Assembly (NCBI RefSeq): GCF_963506605.1
Contig: NC_083279.1
Span: 66,526,001-66,590,000, forward strand
Direction: 5' to 3'
Origin: Zootoca vivipara
Taxonomy: Eukaryota
Length of the DNA stretch: 64,000 bases
Shown: piece by piece, positions 24,106-37,500 of the stretch
How the letters are laid out: every line of letters starts with the position of its first letter
Position numbering within the stretch: position 1 is the first letter of the stretch
Translations under genes and position numbers: made by a program
The notes under the pieces: generated by a model
Databases searched by the model: none
Seen by the model: the letters and a program-made list of their open reading frames with translations, nothing else
Told to the model about the DNA's origin: nothing

Positions 24106-24673
24106 TTCTGAGTGAATATATGATGCCCATTTACAAGAAAGATGGCCATCAGGGTCACATACAAGAGACAAATGCCCCAAGCCACAGTATGAAGGGACCT
24201 TGAATTCCATTGAAATGAATGGGACCAGTTAGCTATGATGATGTCCCCTGATGTCAGCAGCCATCAACTTTGAGTGCTCAGAGGTACGGTAAGCCTCACT
24301 GATACTGATGGGACTATTTCCCATGTGAATTTGCATGACAGCAGCATTTCTCTGGACCAGGTTCACGGTTTAAGCAAGCTGTGTCTGTGTGCTTTTGGAC
24401 TGGATCTTCCCTATTATTCCTTCCCCTCTCTGTATCATATAATTCATTTTAAATCTCACAGGCTTCAGATTCAGCAGCAGCTAGCTGCAGTTAGAAACAA
24501 ATTTGTCTTTCTGATAGCTGAAAAATAAGCCTTAATTAGATAGCAATATATGTTCCCATGGGGCTGTTACAGAAGCACTCCTGATGTTATCTCAGCAAGA
24601 GCATTATTTCATCAGTACTGCTTACTTGCTTTGGTAAACATCCGATCAAAGAGTGAAATGAGTGATGGGAAAC

Positions 24674-25185
24674 TCAGTGTACGGGAAGAAGCAAAGATCA
24701 CCAGTGTTGAAGCAATGATTCTTCAACATCAACTTCGTTGGACTGCTCATGTTATGTGGATGCCTGATGATCGCCGTCCAAAGCAAGTACTTTATTCCGA
24801 ACTTAAAAATGGAAAGTGTAATGCTGGTGGTCAACAAAAGAGGGTTAAAGACTGTCTCAAAGCAAATCTTTAAAAATGTAGTATAAACACTGACAACTGG
24901 GAAACACTGGCCTGCGAGCGCTCTAGTTGGAGAACAGCCTTTACCAAAGGTGTAGTGGACTTTGAAGATGCTCGAACACAGGACGCAAGGGAGAAACATG
25001 CTAAGAGGAAGACATGCTTGGCAAATCCACACTGTGATCAACTCCCGCCTGGAAACCAATGTCCCCACTGTGGAAGGACATGTGGATCCAGAATTTGCCT
25101 CCACAGTCACTTACGGACCCACTGTTAAAACCGTGTTTATGGAAGACAATCTTACTCGGATATGAGTGATCGCCAAAGAAGAAGA
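24674..25185 (+). mobile_element. RTE-clade LINE 3' fragment
   Basis: EEAKITSVEAMILQHQLRWTAHVMWMPDDRRPKQVLYSEL; C-terminal CPHCGRTC motif; (GAA)n tail. Confidence 0.88.
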
Positions 25186-27515
25186 CTGCTCCTTGTTCTT
25201 TTTCAGAAAGGGGATGTGGGAATTTGAAAATGGCTCTACACAGGCAAAATGTCTACAATCTGCAGCATGCCATGAATGATTGTCCACTAGTGTTTAGTAC
25301 TGGACCACACTCTTGATGTGGGCCTTAATCCTGCTTCCTGTTCTAAATGAGCCTAGTAATTGAGAACCAACCCAGCATTTTGGTCTAAGGATCCCATCAG
25401 TCCCAGCCAGCAATCCCATTCCTTGTGGGAAGATGCACTGATGAGCCTCGCTGTTGCCAGAAGATAACAAGTTTCTAAATCACCGTCTACTCCTTTCCCT
25501 TCTTCTACCTGGGGCAGCAAAGTAATTCAGGAGGTAAGCATGCTGTGCAGACAGATAGCTTATAAATATGGAGCATTATATTAAGAGGTTCTCTAGAATT
25601 TGAAGAATGTCCTTTTGCCCTGCACACCAGGAGACAGCTCCGCCCAATACCCTGAACGGAACATATGGTTATGAACTCTACTGCTCAACACAGACCAACT
25701 TTTGATATTAAGATTTTAGTGGGTGAAAACGAAATATCAGCCACATTTTTTTTGCACATTTCCTTGAAGTGAATTGCTTGTTTATTCATGCACCAACAAT
25801 TATGCCATTATTCATCGCTCAGGCATTGCTTCCAAATTCTCCATCAAGCATACATGAGTATCGTGGCACAAAATCCTATTAGCAATATATAAATCAAATG
25901 ATTGCAGTACTTGCCCAATACGTAACAGTATATAAGGAGCTAGAAGCATATCACTGAGTGGCTTTGATTTCTTTATCCACTGGAGGAAAGGAACGTTTAA
26001 AAACTGATATTGTTGCTTCCCGTGCTTTTGCATTGGGCAGAGTTACAGTGCCATCTAGAGGTTTCAAGAGGCTATAATCAACACCACCAACAGCGCATGA
26101 GGGTGTAGAAAACAACAAGCAGTGGGTTTCAGATATTGTGAAGGGTGAAAGGAGGCAATTCATCTAAAGGTGAGATGTATGCAAGATAAACACTGTCAAT
26201 TCACAACAGCAGCCTCCTAGCCTTGTTGAGCTAAGCTGCACTCTGTAGAAGAATAACTCCGTTATAGAAGAATTTCAACATGTAGGTCAGTGGTGGAGTG
26301 CCCTGGAAGACTGAGATATATCTCCACCGCTTGGAAGATAAGCCTGTTGCAGGAGGTGGGTGGTCTTGTCCTGAAGTTCTGAAAGGGAGAATGTGGTCAA
26401 AACCATTTCACTCCATGTCTTGGATTTTTCTTGGAAGGAAGAATATGGCACACGATTCCAAAAGATTCTCATTCACAAAGTCTGGGTTGAATGGCAGCCA
26501 CCTCTCGGCTACCCTAGGTCCCCTGCCATTTGAGGAAGCCTGTTCCCATGTACCACAGAGTATACCCCCCTGCAGGAAACTAGCATATTCCCTTTTGGAG
26601 CAATCCAATATCCCTGGACTAAACAGTCCATAAACTCAACCAGGCTCTCAGGAGAATCTTACTCTTGAGTAGCAGCCCTTCTTCCTTGTACCACATCAAA
26701 ACTGCTTGTCTCCAGGCTGGCTATCCCAAGATACAGTCTCCACTTGTCAATCATATGATCCACTCAGTGTCACAAAACCCCTGAAGCCAAGATACATGCC
26801 ATCTTTCCCATCCACAATGGAGTTTCATTGCCTTGATAGCTGGAACTCTCAGCATTTGCTAGGTTTCCAAAGTAACCCTATAATCTCTATTGAAAAAACA
26901 AGTGAAATTATGCAGCTGATATTATATTCAACAGTTTTTACCAACCGTCTGTTTAAACAAAGGCTAGAAAATATGCATTCCCATTGAAGTAAGATGCAAC
27001 AGCCCATAACAGTAAAGTACAATTCCTTCCTCGTGACAAAAATCCTATCTCATTGGGGGGGGAAGAGACTCAGCAAGGGATATATCATGTACATGCCTGC
27101 TCCTGATGGACATTCCAGAATAATGTATGAAACAATGATTATTTTGTATAGAACAGTCCTGGTATTCTGACAGGGACGGGGGGGGGGCAGTGGTAACTGT
27201 TTGAGTGACACTTTGTGTTACAAAAGATCACGAACAAGCAGGCTTTCTGAGCAAGGAAGGCAATTTGGTGGATCGTTTCAGCATGAAAAACTGATGTGAC
27301 AGGCTTTTGCTTATTTTTCAGCAAGCAGTAAAATAACTCCTGGCTTCAGCTTCATGCAGGTGCACAGCATGGAGTAAAACAGGCAAGGATGAACTCTAAG
27401 AGCTTAATCAGACTCTCAGAGGGGAACAGGAAACTATATGTTGACAGCTCACTGATTGAAATGGCTTTAGCAACTACGCTGGCAGACAGAAGGCTTTCTC
27501 TGTGCAAAACCACTT

Positions 27516-27519
<4 letters not shown>

Positions 27520-27557
<38 letters not shown>
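27520..27557. repeat. (CA)n microsatellite
   Basis: Direct observation. Confidence 0.9.
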
Positions 27558-27561
<4 letters not shown>

Positions 27562-28014
27562 ATGCCAGTTTCATAACCTCAAGATCCCTGGTGTCAGGTT
27601 GACTTGCAGTTGCTGCTGGAAAGTTGACTTGAGTAGAACCTGGGTACTTGTCATCTTTGGCCTCTGTGACCTGATCCACTCCACCCCCGCAAGGGAGGCA
27701 GCTAGGCCTTTTCCTTTGGCTGCCTGGCTACTCATTTAGAAACACCTCTGTGGTCAGGAAAGCAGGTCAAGATATTATTTGGAGGGCAGTTGCATTGCTT
27801 TTTCATGCCTTTTCACTCTCTTATGTTTGCAGTCTCTGTAATTCTTGTATTTTTAATTTCCTATTTTAAATTATTGCTAGCTGCTACAAGAGTCAGTTAC
27901 TTGGCAGGATACGAATTTTGCAATAAGTAAAACTGAACGTTAACATTGCCATGAAATTTTATTTTAAGCAAATTTGGAACTGGAGTTGGAGGGGGCAAAG
28001 TATCTGCAAGAATT

Positions 28015-28410
28015 TTGAAGAAAGCTGCATGAATTGCGATAAATTTCAAAGCTGGAACATGTGCAAACTAAGCCTTGTGGGAAGTGGTTGAAGGAGATGG
28101 GCCTGTTTAGCCTGGAAAAGAGGAAATTCAGAGGTGATACGATAGCCATTTTCAAATATCTAAAGGGCTATCACATGGAAGATGGAGCAAACTTGTTTTC
28201 CGCTGTTCCAGAAGAGAGGACACAAACCAATGGATTCAAATTGCAAGAAAGGAGATTGTGACTAAACATCAGGAAGAAAGTTTCCTCATTGGAGGTTTTT
28301 AAACAGAAGTTGGATGGCTGCTTGTCAGGGATGCTTTAGTTATGATTCCTGAATTGCTGGGGATTAGACTAGATGACCTCTGGCATCACTTCCAGCTCTA
28401 CAATTCTAGG
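28015..28410 (+). mobile_element. CR1 LINE 3' fragment
   Basis: WLKEMGLFSLEKRKFRGDTIAIFKYLKG; CR1 tail. Confidence 0.82.
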
Positions 28411-28544
28411 CTTATATGAAATTACAGCATTAAAACTTCACAGAGGGGGTCGGTAATCTCTGGAACATCGAAAAGAACTTTGCTGGATGGCTCCTAAAGG
28501 ATGCAATGCAAGCTGCAAAATGAGCCTTCTTCACATCTGACACT

Positions 28545-29223
28545 CTTCTTCTTCTTTAGCGATCACTCGTAGCTGAGTAAGATTGTCTTCCATAAACATG
28601 GTTTTAACAATGTGGAGGGCAATTCTCGATCCGCACGTCCTTCCACAGTAGGGACATTGGTTTCCGGGCAGGAGTTGATCACGGTGTGGATTTGCCAAGC
28701 ATGCCTTCCTCTTAGCATGTTTCTCCCTTGCGTTCTGAGATTGAGTGTCTTCAAAGCCCATGACACCTTTGGTAAAGGCTGTTCTCCAACTGGAGCGCTC
28801 GCAGGCCAGTGTTTCCCAGTTGTCGGTGTTTATACTACATTTTTAAAGATTTGCCTTGAGACAGTCTTTAGTCCTCTTTTGTTGGCCACCAGCATTACGA
28901 GTAGTTAGAAGACGATCATCAGGCATCCACACAACATCCAACAAAGTTGATGTTGAAGAATCATTGCTTCAACACTGGTGATCTTTGCTTCTTCCAGTAT
29001 ACTGATATTAGTTTGCCTGTCTTCCCAAGTGATGTGTAAGATTTTTCGGAGACACCGTTGATGGAATCTTTTGAGCAGTTGGAGATGCTGTTTATAAGTG
29101 GCCCATGTTTCACAAGCATATAGTAAGGTTGGTAGTACAATAGCTTTGTAAACAAGCATTTTTGGTTTCCCTACGAATGTTCCGGTCCTTGAACACTTTG
29201 CACTTCAATTGGGAGAAAGCCCA
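28545..29223 (-). mobile_element. RTE-clade LINE 3' fragment (same family as 24674-25185)
   Basis: MLVYKAIVLPTLLYACETW...RFHQRCLRKILHITWED. Confidence 0.88.
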
Positions 29224-29954
29224 ATGCCACATGGTGGGCAGGATTATATGCACTAACCAGTGTTTGGTCAGCTTTGGTGTGAGACTTGTGCCACTAATGC
29301 TGCAGTCTTGATCTGGCTTGCTTCGAAACCTAAAACTCCCCCAAAATACCAAGGAATCACTTGGGCTCCACAACACCAGAGGATGCTTGGGAGCTATTGT
29401 GCCAACCACCCTTTCCATCTCACCATTCCATACTGAAACCAGGGTTTCAACAGAACCATCAACTTTCTCTGCTGGAAAATCCTCCCGATCATTCAGGGAC
29501 ACTTAATCGGGTTTCATCAGAGGGCAGGCCATGTGAATGGGCCCACCGCCCTTCTGTACTCCTCAAAGGTGATCAGTGCTGTCAAAGTTGGTGGAGATAA
29601 ACATCTGGCAAGCAGATGCATGCATATTTCCTTGTGTGTGAGTACCCAGTATGCTGGGGTAAGGATGCAACCTTACCTAACCTGCAGTAGTCCATCACTG
29701 TGACCATATTAGTGGGAAGACCCATCAGTGGTGGGAATGAATATGGAAATGTGGCCTAGAGCTGGACAACTTCTTGCATTAAAATCAGTTTGGTTTTTTG
29801 CCCGTAGGAAAGGGACTTACAGGGAGATCATTATCATTGCCTCCCTCTCAGCTACCTAAAAAAATTCCCTCTTGATCACACCAGCAAAAGGGTTCCAGAC
29901 CAAAAAAAGACAGACATGTAGGAGACTGTTATAGATGACAATAAATAATGATGG

Positions 29955-30087
29955 TTACAGGTAGGTAGCCGTGTTGGTCTGGGTCGAAGTAAAATAATAA
30001 AAAATTCCTTCAGTAGCACCTTAAAGACCAACTAAGTTTTTATTTTGGTATGAGCTTTCGTGTGCATGCACACTTCTTCAGATACCA
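29955..30087 (-). mobile_element. Penelope-like terminal-repeat fragment carrying a minimal hammerhead ribozyme
   Basis: TAGCCGTGTTGGTCTG...AGCACCTTAAAGACCAAC...AGCTTTCGTG...CACTTCTTCAGATAC; hammerhead core on the minus strand. Confidence 0.75.
30046..30087 (-). ncRNA. Minimal type I hammerhead ribozyme motif
   Basis: TGGTAT-CTGAAGA-A-GTGTGCATGCACAC-GAAA-GCTC-ATACCA: 6-bp stem I, palindromic stem II, minimal stem III around the palindrome AGCT. Confidence 0.7.
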
Positions 30088-30592
30088 GAATGAGAATAAG
30101 AATAAGTGGCTCTTTTGACACTGTAGATCCACTGTGTAAAGTGGCACCTTTTGAGTATCCAATTTAGAAATCAATGAAATTTTTTAAACCCCAGCTCAGT
30201 AATTTCTGTACTGGATAGTTTTGGATAAATCAGTACCCACTGAAGTAAAATATGCAATAGTACATTCTTGAGCTTCCTCTAACAGAATAATAAAATGCAC
30301 ACCATGCAACCTTTGGCACTTGCGTGTTTTTTTTACGGTTTATTCATTGATACAGAAGATTCAAATAAAAATTAGCCACAGATCTCCATCTACAGGGAGA
30401 GAAAAAACAGAGGACTATAACATAGGGCTGTTGCAACATCAAACATAAATGTTGTTCCCCACTCTAATGTTACATTTTACATTGTTCTATAATGCTTCCT
30501 GTATTCTGCCTTCACAACTTGCTTGTGAGATTGATAAAACAGGAGCATTATTGAGCTATGGGGAACTGGAACTGACAGACCACTGAGTAAAG

Positions 30593-30728
30593 CAGGCACC
30601 CCCAAACTGTGGCCCTCCAGATGTTTTGGCCTACAACTCCCATGATCCCTAGCTAACAGGACCAGTGGTTGGGGAAGATGGGAATTGTAGTCCAAAACAT
30701 CTGGAGGGCCGAAGTTTGGGGATGCCTG
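30593..30728. mobile_element. Palindromic hAT-type MITE
   Basis: Same family as 23969-24105; near-TSD GAGTAAAG/GAGTAAAA. Confidence 0.85.
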
Positions 30729-31465
30729 GAGTAAAACCTGGATGAACAAAATCTTGAGCCTAGCATCCCAACACTGCAGGAGAAATCCTGTGCAGCAGTT
30801 TTCAGGTAATTGGATCTCCTGTGTTTTGAATATCACATGTAAGAGTTTGCTGTGGAACAGTTGTCCTTCCTTGGACCAATGTATTACAAACCAATTGCCA
30901 TGTACACTATTCCAGTTGTTGGACTGGATTGTACTTGCAAGACAAAACCAATGACTCGTGTTCACTTTGCCAAAGACCCGTGTGTATATTGTGGGGGAAG
31001 GAACTGTATTCAGCCCCTTCCATTTCTGACAGATGATCATACTATTTGTTGGGTGTGCGCACACACACAAAATCTTTTTGAATAAGCATATCTTTGTGTA
31101 GCTCATAATCATCTTAATCATGCTGACAAAAGATTATAAATATATTTCAATAAATCATTCAATCTTCACTTTCCTCCCCCACAACCAACCACTAAAAAAC
31201 CCAGTAAAGTTCTTTGTTTAAAGAGCTCTGCTGACGACTAATCCATTTATCAGTTTTACATTTCCTGTGCTGTTTCCTAGGTTTTGCATAGGGGAAAAAA
31301 CAATCAGGTTGTTGAACTGAAAAAACACAGTTGAAAACCTTTCATAAAGCCGCTGTGCCAGTTTCAACATCTGTGCTCAACAGGTTGGCTTTAGTTTGGT
31401 AAAGAACAGCTCCTCTTTTTGATCTAAATCTTTAATAATTGATCTGGAAACATTTTTATAGGTAA

Positions 31466-31599
31466 ATGGAACTGCAGTATTTCCACGGAACTATAACTAA
31501 AGACGACTGTGAAAAATTACTGAGCAAAACAGGGAAAAATGGGAGCTTTTTAATACGAAACAGCGAGAGTATCCCAGGAGTCTTGTGCCTTTGTGTTTT
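31466..31599 (+). CDS. SH2D1B: SH2D1B-like exon 1 (134 nt coding)
   Basis: ATG at 31466; FLIRNSES phosphotyrosine-pocket motif; donor TT|GTAAGT. Confidence 0.93.
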
Positions 31600-34500
31600 G
31601 TAAGTATTTCCCTTTTCATGTAAACTAGTTATCTTGCTTTTCTTTTGGAGAGAATAGCTTCAGTTCAGAGAAACCTAACTACACTTCAGTTATCAACGTT
31701 ATGAAACTGTGTCTAACTTAAGTCAACATTATATTACATACACCAGAGATTTATTTGATTAAGTGGTTTATAGAGTTTTCTAAATAAAAGATATGTTGAT
31801 ATCAATGGGGCTTACACACAACTTTCTATGGATTCGGTCCAATGTTTAATTTGTTTGGAAATTTTGAGAGATAACACCTCCGATTTTAATAAATCAAATA
31901 AATTCATTTAGGCACATATAAATGTAATCCGTGTGTGTGTGTGTGCGCGCGCGCGTGCGAGCACATGGAAATAATTCTGCTTTTTATTGTAAATTGCATT
32001 TAGAGTCTGGCTCAGATCAAAGTACTATTTTGCTGTAAAATGTACATATACAGTAAAATATATATTGGCACAATTTTTGTCAGAAATCTATTTAAAATTC
32101 TTCAGATTGAGGCCATAACTCTAAATATTTGGTAAATCAATTATCTCTTTACAGATTCATAGTAAACAGTACTTATAACCCCTCCACACGCACAACTTTC
32201 ACAAAAATCTTAAAATTAGCAAGTTTTTCAACAAGTAAGCTACAGATTTCATCTCTCACCCATATGGTGGTACATTATTCTCCACCATCCATTCTCCAAT
32301 GTTTTTGTGGTATAGGAGCAGAGTCTTTTTAGATGTGCAGGTTCACATCCAGAGGAGTGATCTACATAAAAAAACCAGTTATCACATATGATTGATGGCA
32401 AGTGTAGTTAATATTGATCTTAAGGACTGTTGATCTCAATCAGTACAAGAAACCTCATCGTCGTAAATATTACTGGAAATCAAGTTATATTTAGAGTTTC
32501 TGCTGTATCGAACTGACGTCGTTTCCCAAACATGATTACTCTGATTTGTTAGTTGTTGTTTCTAAGTTGTAGGAAAATAACATTTGTTTGTCTCACACTG
32601 AAGACGTATCTTAACGGCTTACTGGACAAAACTAGGCAAAACTCGTGCTATCTCTGAACTCCTTATCAGAAAGCTGGAATTACTGCTACCAACCCCAGAT
32701 ACCGTCAGAAGAGAGTTCATGTACACACTACTTAGAGAACATCTGTTTCTTTTGAAGTGCTATACAAATTTAATTATAGCAGTGATTCCATCCTGCTCAT
32801 AAGAGATAACCAGAAATATAGCAGCATGAATGGCAGTCTTCCCCAGCATAATGTGGTAGCTCACATGACCATTTCTCTCTGAATGAACTGGATAGGCTTT
32901 ACAGACCTAAAGACTCTTTGACATATATGACTATTACAGTAATTTGACAAATCAGGCAATTATTTATTAATGTGTCTGTTTCCTATTTAAAAATCAGCTA
33001 TGAACAGATTATCTACACTTACCGAATCTTCAGGAAACATAACGGACACTTTATGATGCAGGTAAGAAAACGACTACATCTAAAATAATGTAATAAATAT
33101 GCACTTAACAGGTCCTACTAGACACATATGCCACCTTGCTTAACCTTTTTGTTTATTTAACTACTTTTAAAAATCTACAATGTTTTTGGTGGCCTTATTT
33201 TTGGGTATTCATTCATTCTAAAACTTGGTGGCCACCATGACAATCTTAATTTTCAGTGGGATGGAACTCTGCCAAGAGCACAATATATATCAGTTTCATA
33301 TTCACAGTATAATAGAACTGTAGAGTTGAAAGGGACCCCAAGGGCCATCTAGTCCAACCCCCTGCAATGCAGGAAACTCAGCTAAGGCATCCATGACAGA
33401 TGGCCATCAAACCACTGCTTAAAAACCACTAAGGAAGGAGAGTACTATTCTAGTTATCCATTTCAGTGAAATTAATTAATCTTCGCTCTTGTGAGGAACA
33501 GCCATTTACAAATAGTATAATCAAATGAAAATGTGGCAACAATCTACTTATTTTGCAGACTTCTGAGGGTGCTCCAAAACAGGACTTCAGAACTTTAAAG
33601 GATTTGATTGCTACTTATGAAAAACCAAATCAAGGGCTAGTAAGCAACCTGCGCTATCCAGTAACGAGACCTACAACATCCCAAAGATCTCAGACTGTCT
33701 ACGTCACTAAAGGTGAAACATACTTTACTCCTGGTAAGAGACACACACATAATAATAATAATAATAATAATAATAATAGAATGACATACTACTACCGTGT
33801 TTCTCTGAAAATAAGACACCGTCTTATATTTATTTTTCCTCAAAAAACAACAACAACACTATGGCTTATTTTCAGGGGATGTCTTTTTCCCCCCCCTCCT
33901 CCTCCTGCCGTGGCAGGCATTGCTGCTGCGCCTATCACTATGTCTTATTTTCGGGGTATGGCTTATATTCCTTGAATGCTTAAAAACAGGGTAATACTAT
34001 GCCGTATAACAATTCTTGTAATGCAGGAAAATTACGGGTATATATAATTTTCTCAAATTAACAAAACTAGTGAGACAACATGAGATGAAAGCCAATTAAG
34101 TTTCACTCACAGTGGACCCAATGAAATCAAGACTTTAAAGACCATTGATCGTAATGGGTCTATTCTGGGTATGGCTAACATTGAATATTACCCATGATCT
34201 GTAATGGGAAAGGTAATAAACTCTGCAGTAGAGGATTGCTTATAAATAAAATCATAGAGTTGGAAGGTACCCAAGGGTCATCTAGTCCAACCCCCTGCAA
34301 TACAAGAATCTTAGCTAAAGCATCCATGACAGATGACCATCCAACCTCTGCTTAAAAACCTCCAAAGAAGGAGAGCCCACAACCTCCCAAAGGAGACTGT
34401 ACTCAAACAGTGTGAACAGCCCTTACTATCAGAATGCTCTGTCTTCTTAAAAATGATAAAGCAAGCTTGGGGCGGGATGGTAGTTTAAGAGTGCACAACT

Positions 34501-37500
34501 AGCACTCTGGAGACCTAAACCTAAACACAAATCTCCTCTCAGCCACAATGTGCCCATGACTTGGAACGTTGGGGTAAGGGGACCATGTATCTGCTTTGAG
34601 TTTTGAGGAGGCAGAGTTGGGTTAAAATATAATAGATACATTGTTTAAAAAAATCAGAGAAAATAATATTGTATAAAATAATAATATAAGAAAACATGTA
34701 TTAACAGGTATGCCCTTCATGAATTTCCTTGGAACTTTACATTAAAAGCATAGAATGGTATAGGAGGTTCTGAAAGTAGCGCTGGGACAATTAAGCCTTC
34801 TGAGTAAAAAGGGAAGTTTCAATCAAGCAGCAGATTCTAATTAATACTCACTAAAACCAAGGCCAGCAGGTACCATCTTGGAACATACAATAATCTTTAT
34901 CACACACATAGGAGATCATAGCTGTCCTAAAATGGTGTCTGGTGTGAAATGCGAGTACAGAATTTAAAAACACTGGTATGTTTTTCTGAAAATTCATATG
35001 CAAAATTATGCATGTTTGCTCAATAAGTCAATGGTCTATTTAATTAAATTAAATCTATAAAATAGATCATGCCGGTAGTAAGAAAGTCCTATTTGAAGTA
35101 GTCAGCAGCTTTAAAGGTGATATAGGATGACATATCATAGGAATTATTTCAAATCTCTGTATAAAAAGTAGTATCAATCAATCAATCAATCAATCACATA
35201 TACAAAAGTTTACTCTAATAAAAATCACAAAACTGACAGCTTCAGGGCCTAAGGAACTAGATTAATTAGTTACCATAGAGAAAATACAAAAGGATGCAAC
35301 AACAGTGAGGCACCATATAATTCCTGGATCTGATTAATATACTTATATTCCACCTTCTCTCCAAGGAGTTCAAGGTGGTGTACATTGTTTTCCCTCTCCC
35401 CATTTTTGCTTCACAACATGATTTAGGTTAGGCTAAGAGACAGCAACTAGTCCAAGGTCACCCAATGAGCTCAATGACTGAGTGGGGGCTAAAATCTTGG
35501 TCTCCCAGGGCTTAGTCCAATACTCTAATTACTATACTGCACGGCTCTCAGCTTAACTGGTCTAATTAGCTATTCCTGCCCTTCCCGGTTTAAAAACCGA
35601 GCTCAGAGCGGCTAAAGCAAATATAAAACATTAAAATGCGACTTAAAAACAGCTTAAAAACAGCATAAAATACAACAAAAATGCAGCATCAATGTCAATA
35701 AAATTCAAAAATTCAGGGTCTTTTTTTTTGGGGGGGGGAGACCCAGTTCAGTAAACATCAAGTGATCACCAGGTCTCATTAAGTTCAGTTGGAATTCCTC
35801 CACCACCCTCATTTGAATGTGTATTGGATTTTAGCCACACAGTACCATTTTATATACATTTACTTGGAAGTAATTCTCATTGTGGTCAATGAGACTTCCA
35901 GGTAAGTTTGAACAGGACTGCAGTTCAAGGGAATCCCTCTAAAGAAGAGACTCTTGGTCTTTTTAGACATTGAAAAAAGCATTTGATAACGTTGAGTGCC
36001 CTTTTCTATTTCAAGTTTTGGAGTTTTGTTATGATTCAATATTTAGAACTGGATAGCTTTAACCAATCCCAAAGCAAAAGTAACAACAAATGAGCATATA
36101 TCATCCGATTTTACTCTATCAATGAAGAAATAAATAGCAATGAATTCAATATCAGTTGTACAAATGATTCTATCTACTTTTGAGCCGCTATATTTCAATG
36201 ACTGTAGTAATCAGTAAGTACGTATGCTTGTTCAGGAACTATAACATTTTCAAAATGGAAATCCTGTTTTAAATAATCTATTCTGGGATGGAAATAAAAC
36301 ATTTGACCAGGAGGTGTTGGGTTATTTGGACTCTACCCTTCAGAAATTTGAATATGGAATAAGAAGCCAGATGTACATTCACCAGAGTAAACATTCACTC
36401 AGGAGGTTTGTGGAATCACTAGAGCAGGCATGTCCAACAGGTAGATTGTGATCTACTGGTAGATCACTGGACGTCCGCGGTAGATCACTGGTAGATCATT
36501 GGCTCCCCCAAAGAAGCTGAACAACTGTAGCTCCCCTTAAAAAAGCTCAACATTTTACCTCCTCCCTGAAATAAACTCAACAACTTTGACCCGAACCCCC
36601 CAAAAGGGGGTAGATCACTGCCAGTTTTTAACTCCTGAGTAGATTGCAGTCTCTTGAGAGATGGCCACCCCTGCACTAGAGCAACAGGTGACTGTAGCAG
36701 GAGGAAGAAATTGGAATTGTTTTCTTCCCTTCTTTAAAGTGAGAGAGTCAACTATTTGCAGTGTGCTGGATGGATCATGTTAACGTTGTCCATCATGACT
36801 TTCCTCTGCTCCCATTACTTGAGCAATGAATTAGAAGATTTTACAATTTGAGTGATACTTTTGCTTTAATTAGGAACGAAGCTATATCACTGGCAGGGAA
36901 AGATATCTCATGTTACCTTTGCCTGCCTTGCGATTTATTTAATACTTTTACTAATACATTTGGCAAGTGGAGGGAGTAAATGCTGTGAATGTTTGAACAA
37001 TTCCCCATTTGTTCCAAGTTTAGATCACAAATGCCCAGTTTAGATATTTGCATTACTTCAAATTTAAAGGGCCAAAATTGAATGAAAAAACGAAGCAACA
37101 CTTGAACAGTCTAAATAAGATGTTGTTAGATTCCAACCCCACCCCACCCGTGCAACTAATGGTTAGGGATATGTAAGTTGTGGTCCAGCCTGGAGGTCTT
37201 TAGGCCAGGCATCCCCAGGCTTCGGTTCCCCAGGCTTCCAGATGTTTTGGACTACAATTCCCATCATCCCTGACCACTGGTCCTGTTAGCTAGGGATCAT
37301 GGGAGTTGTGGGCCAGAACATCTGGAGGGCCGCAATTTAGGGATGCCTGCTTTAAGCAGAGGCTTGACAGGCATATGTCAAGAATGCTTTGATGGTGTTT
37401 CCTGCTTGGCAGGGGGTTGGACTGGATGGCCCTTGTGGTCTCTTCCAACTCTATGATTCTATTCTATGATTCTAAGGAACATCTGTAAGGTCAGAGGTTA

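Noticed and set aside
30477-31121. 214-aa minus-strand ORF
   Set aside because: It spans a MITE ([14 protein letters not shown] recurs in other MITE-derived ORFs) and shows no homology signal
33694-33711. TVYVTK as an ITSM in the adaptor tail
   Set aside because: ITSM needs TxYxx(V/I); position +3 is Lys
33734-33975. Read-through extension of SH2D1B exon 3 (140-aa ORF with poly-N)
   Set aside because: It continues into an (AAT)n microsatellite and a MITE; the EAT-2-like C-terminus is in exon 4
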